This document shows, piece after piece, positions 26,817 to 33,233 of a DNA stretch of 33,703 bases; within the stretch, counting starts at the first letter, position 1, and the number at the start of each line of letters is the position of its first letter. Origin of the DNA: a virus; the UHGV virus genome UHGV-0214299, one strand, 5' to 3'. A program made the translations under genes and the position numbers. The notes under the pieces are model-generated. The model did no database searches. It had not been told where the DNA came from and was given only the letters and a program-made list of their open reading frames with translations.

Positions 26817-27157
26817 GGGCTTGTCCTCCTGTTCTGTCTGATACCCCGGGAGCTTGGGCCATCGGCAAATGCCCTCCTTCCCGGACGCACCGGGCCTGAA
26901 TCCTGTTTATACTCGCCCGGTCGAGTTGCTAACGTGCGTGGTTATTTGGAGCGTGTGATTATCAGCCGCAGTTGCCCAAGGGCATCACCTCCTAAGGGTA
27001 AGCTTCGGGATAAGGGCAGGAGCGGGCGGTCTATTTCGGCATCCTCAATAAATATCACTGAAAAGGAGATTCACAATGAAGCTTTCAGGCCTGTCCCGCG
27101 CAGGCCCAAGGGTTAGCGTTATTGCCCGCCCCTGTCCTTATCCCGAAGCGCCCGGCG

Positions 27158-27316
27158 TTACTCTGCGGCGCGGCGCGCCTGCTGCTGTGCAAGCTGGCGG
27201 CCCACCAGTTCGCCCATGGCCTTGAGTATGGCGTCAACCTCTTCCTGCGTCTTTACGCAGTACTTATCGTCGATAATTATGTGGGTCTTGCCCTCGTAGT
27301 AGTCTTTAACGATCAT
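27158..27316 (-). CDS. Small early phage protein, 52 aa; not in the ORF track
   Basis: MIVKDYYEGKTHIIIDDKYCVKTQEEVDAILKAMGELVGRQLAQQQARRAAE*; AGGAGG RBS. Confidence 0.8.
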   Translation of the reverse strand: MIVKDYYEGKTHIIIDDKYCVKTQEEVDAILKAMGELVGRQLAQQQARRAAE

Positions 27317-27394
27317 TGTGCTGTCCTCCTGTCGCTTTGTCGTAATATGTTTATTCGGTGATATGCCGGGTTATATTTGTTGCCTATTTGGTGA

Positions 27395-27598
27395 CTACAC
27401 GGGCAAAAAAAACGCTATTGCTTCGGACACTGGTACATTTAACCCTTTTGCTATCGCATTCAGTTCCTCTATGTTCGGCATTTTCCCGTTGACTATCCTG
27501 TTAAGTTTTTGCCTGGTCCAGCCAAGACTTCGCGCAAAGTCCGCCTCGCTATCATACCTCGAGTAGATGATGCCGCGTAGGGTCATATTTTTCGCCAT
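27395..27598 (-). CDS. Cro-like XRE HTH regulator
   Basis: SEADFARSLGWTRQKLNRIVNGK; divergent from CI. Start reassigned to ATG 27598. Confidence 0.85.
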   Translation of the reverse strand: MAKNMTLRGIIYSRYDSEADFARSLGWTRQKLNRIVNGKMPNIEELNAIAKGLNVPVSEAIAFFLPV

Positions 27599-27641
27599 TC
27601 TTTTCCACTTCCTTTCTTGTCGCCCATCTGGTGACGCTTTT

Positions 27642-27670
27642 ATATTATCATTATTTGCTCGTTTTGTCAA
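27642..27670 (-). promoter_or_regulatory. Lytic early promoter (toward cro)
   Basis: TTGACA-17 bp-TAATAT; the -35 is overlapped by the operator at 27666-27682. Confidence 0.7.
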
Positions 27671-27727
27671 CCATTTGGTGACTATGTTTTTGGCCATATT
27701 TTCCGTCTCTTTTTTGGTGACTTTGTA

Positions 27728-27756
27728 TTGCATTTGGTGACTTTTTATGGTTTAAT
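27728..27756 (+). promoter_or_regulatory. Repressor promoter
   Basis: TTGCAT-17 bp-TTTAAT with TG extension; overlapped by the operator at 27725-27741. Confidence 0.65.
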
Positions 27757-27780
27757 AGTATCAGTAAGGAGGATTTAAAA

Positions 27781-28104
27781 ATGACATTCGGCGACAAGCT
27801 TAAAAAGTACCGCGAGGAGCACGGCATATCCCAAGAGCAGCTCGGGGCAATATTAGGCACCTCAAAGCAAGTTATAAGTCGATACGAAAAAGGTCAGCGC
27901 TCTCCGCAGCTCGATACTGTGCAAAGCTACGCCCGCAAGCTCGGTCTCCCCGTCGTGTATCTCGCAGACAATTCTTGCGACCGCATTATGGAGCAAGAGG
28001 ATAATAGTCTTACTCCCATGCAAGACGCTCTTTGGAGGCGGATTTCAGGCATGTCTGACCGTAAGGCTGAGGCTCTGCTTGAGCTGCTAAAGCATCAAGA
28101 ATGA
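27781..28104 (+). CDS. CI-like repressor (XRE HTH, no S24 autoprotease domain)
   Basis: LKKYREEHGISQEQLGAILGTSKQVISRYEKGQRSP; only 107 aa; AAGGAGG RBS. Confidence 0.9.
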   Translation: MTFGDKLKKYREEHGISQEQLGAILGTSKQVISRYEKGQRSPQLDTVQSYARKLGLPVVYLADNSCDRIMEQEDNSLTPMQDALWRRISGMSDRKAEALLELLKHQE

Positions 28105-28174
28105 GCAAAGTTTTGTACACGATTTCGTCAGGCATGTTTTTGACTTCATTATAAAGTTTTTCTTTTGCTGTCAT
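28010..28174 (-). CDS. Putative SOS-inducible antirepressor (54 aa), antisense to the cI 3' end
   Basis: MTAKEKLYNEVKNMPDEIVYKTLLILDALAAQ...; GGAG RBS, its own extended -10 and an upstream LexA-type box. Confidence 0.65.
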   Translation of the reverse strand: MTAKEKLYNEVKNMPDEIVYKTLLILDALAAQAEPQPYGQTCLKSASKERLAWE

Positions 28175-28186
28175 ATTTTCAACTCC

Positions 28187-28215
28187 AAACATTTGTTCTT
28201 TTTCAAATAATAACA
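28187..28215 (-). promoter_or_regulatory. LexA/DinR SOS box with extended -10 promoter
   Basis: GAAC-AAAT-GTTT (28187-28198) next to the RBS; TGTTATTAT (28207-28215) upstream. Confidence 0.7.
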
Positions 28216-28361
28216 CATTAAAAATAAAAAGAAAGGGGAATTTTGCAATGTAGTACCGTTTTAAGTACTCCGCTCACTCAAGTTGCACTAATCGCGCCTC
28301 AAAATTGCCTCGGCGGCAGATAAAAAGTTATAGAAAGCCAAAATAGCGTGGAGGAAGTATT

Positions 28362-29276
28362 ATGCAAGGTGATTTTTTAGCCATAGATGTTGAGACGGCA
28401 AATCGTTATCAGCGCGGCAGCATTTGTTCTTTCGCTGTAATCCATTGTCATGACGGCATACACGAAACGGTATTTTCCGAGTTGCTCAACCCGCAAACAG
28501 AAATAGACCCGTGTTTTACTCATATTCACGGAATTACCAACAGCATGGTTGCAGATAAGCCCAGTTTCGGGGATATATGGCCCATTGTTGCTCCTTTGTT
28601 GCAAAAATACCCAGTCGTGGCCCATAATGCCGCTTTTGATATAAGCTGCCTGGAACAAGCACAGGATAATTTCGGTTTTAGCCCAATAGACATAAGTTAC
28701 ATGTGTTCATTGCAGGCTTCCCGTATCGTTTATTATCACAAATTCAGTTCTTATTCTTTGGATTCTTTATGTGCTCATTTTAATATACCGTTAGAGCATC
28801 ACAATGCCGCATCAGATGCCGTAGCTTGCGCGAAGCTCGTTGAAATCATGGCCGCTGAGCGTAACGCGAAGAATCTCGATGAATTTGCGCAGCGTTGTGG
28901 ATTAGTACTAAAAAGTTCGCTGAATAACGGTTATGTTCCCTTGACGCAGGTTCCTATACAGCATGTATTCTGTGCGCCAGTATTCGAAAGTGCCGTCTGC
29001 GAAACGCTTTCGGGGAAAACTCTTGTTTTTACCGGTGCTTTTGCCAACATGGATCGCTCGGAAGCCGAGCATGCCGCTCAAGGATTCGGAGCTAATATAG
29101 GTAAAAACGTAACCAGAAAAACCGACATTCTCGTTGTCGGAATACAGGATTTGGTAAAAACAAAAGGATATGAAAAGAGTTCGAAGCACAGAAAGGCCGA
29201 AGAGCTGATCAGCGAAGGCCGGGACATTTTGATAATAGATGAATCAGAGTTTATGCGTTTGATAAATGAGGGTTAA
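28362..29276 (+). CDS. DEDDh (DnaQ-like) 3'-5' exonuclease fused to a BRCT domain
   Basis: ExoI IDVETAN, ExoII HNAAFD, ExoIII HHNAASDA; BRCT LSGKTLVFTG..VTRKTDILVVG..IIDESEF. Confidence 0.9.
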   Translation: MQGDFLAIDVETANRYQRGSICSFAVIHCHDGIHETVFSELLNPQTEIDPCFTHIHGITNSMVADKPSFGDIWPIVAPLLQKYPVVAHNAAFDISCLEQAQDNFGFSPIDISYMCSLQASRIVYYHKFSSYSLDSLCAHFNIPLEHHNAASDAVACAKLVEIMAAERNAKNLDEFAQRCGLVLKSSLNNGYVPLTQVPIQHVFCAPVFESAVCETLSGKTLVFTGAFANMDRSEAEHAAQGFGANIGKNVTRKTDILVVGIQDLVKTKGYEKSSKHRKAEELISEGRDILIIDESEFMRLINEG

Positions 29277-29278
29277 TT

Positions 29279-30844
29279 ATGCCTTATTGTATGTATCTGC
29301 GTAAGAGCCGCAAGGATTTTGAAGCAGAAAGCGCCGGGCAGGGCGAAACTCTGGCGCGGCATAAAGCGGCGCTATTGGAAACTGCGCAGCGGCTACACCT
29401 CGCCGTGAGCGAGATATACCAGGAGATCGTCAGCGGCGACAGCATAGCGGCCCGCCCGGAGATGCAGCGTCTTCTCGCCGACGTAGAGGCCGGCAAATGG
29501 GACGGCGTGCTGGTCATGGAGGTGGAGCGTCTCGCCCGTGGTGATACCATGGATCAGGGGCAGGTGCAGCGGACGTTTGTGTATACCGGCACAAAAATTA
29601 TCACACCCACGCGGACATATGACCCTTCGGACCCTGCCGATGCAGAATACTTTGAATTTGGTCTGTTTATGTCCCGGCGGGAGTATCAGACCATAAATCG
29701 CCGCCTGCTGGCAGGCCGGGAGCGGGCCGTCCGCGAGGGCAAATGGCCCCAGGGACATGCGCCATACGGATACAAGACCGTCAAGGTGCCCAAGGGCAAG
29801 GGGTACATGTTGGAGGTCGTACCCGAGGAGGCAGAGATCGTCAAATCCATATTTAACTGGTACGTCAATGGGGCGGAATATAACGGTGCTTTTCTGCGCG
29901 TCGGTGCGCGCAGAATATCCACCATGCTTAACTCTATGGGGTTGACTACACAGGCGGGTAACCTCTGGTCAGCGCCTGCGGTGCGGGTTATCCTTAAAAA
30001 CCACGCCTACATTGGCAAGGTCACGTGGTATAAGCAGACATTGCGCAAGAGCATGAGCAACGGTGCCGTCGTCAAAAAGCTGGAGCGCACGCCGGAGCGT
30101 ACGCTCATCTGCGACGGGCTGCACGAGGCCATCATATCAGAGGAGCTTTTCGAGGCGGCACAGGCGCGGCTGTCGGCGGACAGCACCGGCCCCGCCACCA
30201 AGGGGCCTTTGCAGAGCCCACTTGCCGGGCTGCTGTATTGCGGGTTATGTGGGTGCGTCATGGCACGGCAGCATGAAAAAGGCAAGCCGGCATATTACGT
30301 GTGCCGCAATCCCCTCTGCAGGTGCCGTGGCAGCAAACTTGAGGTTGTAGAGCAGCGCGTGGTGGCCACACTGGCGCACTGGCTGACGGGCTATGAGATC
30401 ACTGCCAAGGCCCAGGCGCAGACCGTTGACATAGGCGCTCTGCAGTCCGCGTTGGACGGTGCGCAGCGGGAGTTGCTGGCCTACCAGCAGCAGCAGACGC
30501 GGCTATATGACCTATTGGAGCGTGGCATATACACAGAGCAGGTGTTTTTGCAGCGGCAATCGGCCATAACCGGCGAGGTGCAGCGGCTACAGGCAGCAGT
30601 ATCCGACACAGAGGCGGCAATAGCCAAAGCCGTGCGTATAAATGCCTCCGCCCGCGAGATTGTGCCCGCCGTCCATGCCGTCCTGGATGCCTACCCCACT
30701 TACACGACAGCACAGGAAAAAAACGACGCGCTGCGCATGGTGCTGTCCCGCGTGGAGTATACCCGCACCGTTGGCGGGTTTGGCTCCGATCCGCAGGATT
30801 TTGAGGTTAAGATTTTCCCCAGGCTGCCTGAGCCTGTAGAGTAG
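29279..30844 (+). CDS. Large serine recombinase (integrase)
   Basis: YLRKS catalytic motif, ERLARG, APYGY, zinc ribbon CGLCG..CRNPLC and coiled coil. Confidence 0.96.
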   Translation: MPYCMYLRKSRKDFEAESAGQGETLARHKAALLETAQRLHLAVSEIYQEIVSGDSIAARPEMQRLLADVEAGKWDGVLVMEVERLARGDTMDQGQVQRTFVYTGTKIITPTRTYDPSDPADAEYFEFGLFMSRREYQTINRRLLAGRERAVREGKWPQGHAPYGYKTVKVPKGKGYMLEVVPEEAEIVKSIFNWYVNGAEYNGAFLRVGARRISTMLNSMGLTTQAGNLWSAPAVRVILKNHAYIGKVTWYKQTLRKSMSNGAVVKKLERTPERTLICDGLHEAIISEELFEAAQARLSADSTGPATKGPLQSPLAGLLYCGLCGCVMARQHEKGKPAYYVCRNPLCRCRGSKLEVVEQRVVATLAHWLTGYEITAKAQAQTVDIGALQSALDGAQRELLAYQQQQTRLYDLLERGIYTEQVFLQRQSAITGEVQRLQAAVSDTEAAIAKAVRINASAREIVPAVHAVLDAYPTYTTAQEKNDALRMVLSRVEYTRTVGGFGSDPQDFEVKIFPRLPEPVE

Positions 30845-30889
30845 TATAACCACGGTGCATAGCATTGGTGGTGGTCATTAAGGTTATAC
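30844..30889. other. Putative attP site
   Basis: 46-bp imperfect palindrome with terminal arms GTATAACC / GGTTATAC immediately after the integrase stop. Confidence 0.65.
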
Positions 30890-30904
30890 ATTATAGTAGC
30901 CCTC

Positions 30905-31492
30905 TTAATATTTGGGTTTGCGCGGTGCGGCTTTGGTCGGAGCGTAGCCCTCCACATCATCAAGCCTGTGCCCGCGGTTATAATCCGCCCGAGCCTGCCT
31001 CTGTGCTTTGCGGATTTTAGCGCACTCCGCACTGCACGTTATCGTGTTTTTGGGTGTGGTAATCTCCTTACCGCATATCACGCAATAGCGCTTAGGCTTG
31101 ACGTGCGGCATATCATAGGTCTTGTTATAATCCCGGCGGCGTCGGCGTATGTTGTCTCGCACAGCTGTTTCGGCGCAGGCCTTACAGTATTTTTGTGCTC
31201 CGCTCTCAACGTTATACTCTGCCCCGCACTTAGCGCAATGATCTATGCTCCCAAGCGGCCGCGCTGCGCCCATGCGCTTATATTGCCGCTGTTGCTCTCG
31301 TTGGGCAATAATGCGGCAGTTATTGCAATATTTAGCCCGGAGGCCGCCAACGAATTCCTGCCCGCATATGGCACATGTGCGCCTACAGGTACGGGTCTGC
31401 TCTGTCCTGATCTTTTTGAGGCAGGCATCGCAAAATCTCCGCTCGCCACTACCCTCAAAAGCGGCGCCGCATCTCTCGCAACGGCACTGCAT
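30905..31492 (-). CDS. Multi-zinc-ribbon basic protein
   Basis: Four CxxCG..(F/Y/T)C..C units; GGGAGG RBS; start ATG 31492. Confidence 0.8.
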   Translation of the reverse strand: MQCRCERCGAAFEGSGERRFCDACLKKIRTEQTRTCRRTCAICGQEFVGGLRAKYCNNCRIIAQREQQRQYKRMGAARPLGSIDHCAKCGAEYNVESGAQKYCKACAETAVRDNIRRRRRDYNKTYDMPHVKPKRYCVICGKEITTPKNTITCSAECAKIRKAQRQARADYNRGHRLDDVEGYAPTKAAPRKPKY

Positions 31493-31493
31493 A

Positions 31494-31676
31494 TTATGCT
31501 CCTCCCGCAAGGCTGCCGTCGTGCCTCACGCGGTACTCTATCAGCGCAGTGACATATTCGGGGCATTTGCGGGCGCCGCTTTCCCAGTTTTCGATGGTCC
31601 TCTTCGGTATGTTCAGGGCTGCCGCAAAGGCGGCTTGCGACAGTCCTGTCAGGTCTCTGATCTCTCTGATAGTCAT
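31494..31676 (-). CDS. Small XRE HTH regulator (Aca-like)
   Basis: MTIREIRDLTGLSQAAFAAALNIPKRTIENWESGARKCPEYV; ATGA overlap with the upstream small ORF. Confidence 0.85.
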   Translation of the reverse strand: MTIREIRDLTGLSQAAFAAALNIPKRTIENWESGARKCPEYVTALIEYRVRHDGSLAGGA

Positions 31677-31852
31677 TTGTATTCCCTTACCGTCTCCCAC
31701 CCGGTGATGGAGTCAGTTGTATCAAGCTCCGATATCGGCAGGCGCTTAATTACGGCTATGCCCTGATTGGCGATGCACTCATATATATAGCGGTACTTTT
31801 TGGTGTCTACGGTCATTTCCTTCTTTACGCGGTTTTCAAATTTCTTTGTCAT
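31673..31852 (-). CDS. Small hypothetical protein, 59 aa (candidate anti-defence protein); not in the ORF track
   Basis: MTKKFENRVKKEMTVDTKKYRYIYECIANQGIAVIKRLPISELDTTDSITGWETVREYK*; GAGGAGG RBS; first gene after a strong promoter. Confidence 0.8.
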   Translation of the reverse strand: MTKKFENRVKKEMTVDTKKYRYIYECIANQGIAVIKRLPISELDTTDSITGWETVREYK

Positions 31853-31881
31853 TGTCTTGCCCTCCTCTTTTTTATGGTTTT

Positions 31882-31910
31882 ATTATACCACTCATTGGGT
31901 GGTAATGCAA
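31882..31910 (-). promoter_or_regulatory. Strong sigma-A promoter with palindromic operator
   Basis: TTGCAT-17 bp-TATAAT; TACCAC-N7-GTGGTA (31886-31904) fills the spacer. Confidence 0.85.
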
Positions 31911-31946
31911 CAGCAAAACGCCATAAACTAAAAAAATTAGGCAAAT

Positions 31947-31971
31947 AAAAAGCCCCCGCCGAAGCGAGGGC
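31947..31971 (-). terminator. Intrinsic terminator of the lysis operon
   Basis: GCCCTCGC-TTCG-GCGGGGGC followed by TTTTT. Confidence 0.85.
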
Positions 31972-32003
31972 GATTGAAAGGGATTCCCGGACGTGGGATG
32001 ATA

Positions 32004-32438
32004 TTATGCTGTTTTGTCGGTAGGTTCGGTATCTTCTATTTCATTGCCTTTGTTGTGGAGCTTCTCCAGGGCGCCTCTGAGCGCCTCGGGCAGCGGCAGG
32101 CCAAGCGTGCCGGCGTTCTCCAGTATGGACAGGCCCTCGTTGGCTATGTAGAACATGCACACTGCGCTGCGCACCGCCCCATTGGTGGCGGGCACAAGTC
32201 TGTCAATTAGGGCTGCCAGTGCCACCAAAATTAGTATAAAGATTTTCTTCAGCAATCCCTTGAATCCTACTGCGCTGCTGAGGGTCCCGGTCACTGCTGC
32301 GTCGGCTACGCCGGTGACGTAGTCCAACACCATCACCGCCACCAGTACCATTATCAGAGGATCCCAGGCGCCGAAGAGCCACGCAAGTGCGCCGCCTACA
32401 GCGGCGGCAATAGTTTTGATCCATTCAGATATGTTCAT
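32004..32438 (-). CDS. Holin (toxin-secretion/phage-lysis holin family)
   Basis: LFGAWD..LDYVTG..LSSAVGFKGLLKK..FYIANEGLSILENAG.LGLPLP. Confidence 0.93.
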   Translation of the reverse strand: MNISEWIKTIAAAVGGALAWLFGAWDPLIMVLVAVMVLDYVTGVADAAVTGTLSSAVGFKGLLKKIFILILVALAALIDRLVPATNGAVRSAVCMFYIANEGLSILENAGTLGLPLPEALRGALEKLHNKGNEIEDTEPTDKTA

Positions 32439-32453
32439 TTTGTTTTTTCCTCC

Positions 32454-33233
32454 TTATCTTTTGGCTGTGCCTACGTATATTTTGCCGTCAACGGACACGG
32501 ATACCTGCAGCACGTCCGGCAGTTCTGTCGGCGCCATGCTGTGTGCCTGGCAAAACGCCCGTATGGCCGCAACGGTGTTTTTACCGGCTATGCCGTCAGG
32601 GTCGCCGGCGTTGTAGCCCAGGGCGTTAAGGGCGGTTTGCAATGCCTTGATATCTTCGCCCCGCATCATAGGGCTGGTCAGTTCGATTTTCTTTGCCATT
32701 TTTTCCTCCGTTTCTTCTGGATCATCCGCTTGCAGCAGAGGCAGGCGCCCCCAGTGTGTCCAGTCGCCTTGAGATAGCAGGCGTTTGCATACTCCGTCGT
32801 CCCGGCCTTTGGCCTCTATGGTGTAGCCATCGCCGACGTATACGCCGACATGTACCATGGCCTTCTGGCCGTTCTTCGTGCCCTCGATAAATAGCAAATC
32901 GCCGGGACGCATCTCTGCCATGCCAAAATAGCCCCGGTTATCCCGGCACATGCCGTATAGGCCGTGGGCCGAGGTGTCGCCCTTGATCCAATGCATAGTG
33001 TCGCTGATATAATGGACGATCAGACCAGAGCAATCAAAAGCATATAGGGGGCGTTTGGCGGCGCCCCGGAAGAACTTAACGGCCCTGTCGTAATTGCGGG
33101 TGCTGGTCTCCCTGCGTCTGATCCATGTCTCGGGGGTGCCCATGGTGTCCACGCGCTGTCCCTGCGCTCCCCATACATACATATCGCCTACGTGGGATTC
33201 CAGGTAGGCGATAAAACCGTCTATTCTGTTCAT
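32454..33233 (-). CDS. Endolysin: NlpC/P60 peptidase plus peptidoglycan-binding domain
   Basis: YVWGAQG, AFDCSGLI, HVGVYVG; C-terminal GEDIKALQTALNALGY..DGIAGKNTVAAIRAF. Confidence 0.9.
   Translation of the reverse strand: MNRIDGFIAYLESHVGDMYVWGAQGQRVDTMGTPETWIRRRETSTRNYDRAVKFFRGAAKRPLYAFDCSGLIVHYISDTMHWIKGDTSAHGLYGMCRDNRGYFGMAEMRPGDLLFIEGTKNGQKAMVHVGVYVGDGYTIEAKGRDDGVCKRLLSQGDWTHWGRLPLLQADDPEETEEKMAKKIELTSPMMRGEDIKALQTALNALGYNAGDPDGIAGKNTVAAIRAFCQAHSMAPTELPDVLQVSVSVDGKIYVGTAKR

Larger units (their letters stand above)
27379..27741. promoter_or_regulatory. Five 17-bp repressor operators (GTNNNN-N5-GGTGAC, ideal GTCACC-N5-GGTGAC)
   Basis: Copies at 27379-27395, 27619-27635, 27666-27682, 27705-27721 and 27725-27741. 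Confidence 0.85.

Noticed and set aside
27002..27149. Invertible segment or IS ends
   Set aside because: No invertase or transposase nearby and no target duplication seen; mismatches are mostly G-U compatible, which favours an RNA structure.
26820..27155. tRNA or known riboswitch in the structured intergenic region
   Set aside because: No cloverleaf, T-loop or recognisable aptamer consensus.
27599..27733. N-terminal 45-aa extension of Cro in the ORF track
   Set aside because: It runs through the promoter/operator region; ATG 27598 has the RBS and gives a typical Cro length.
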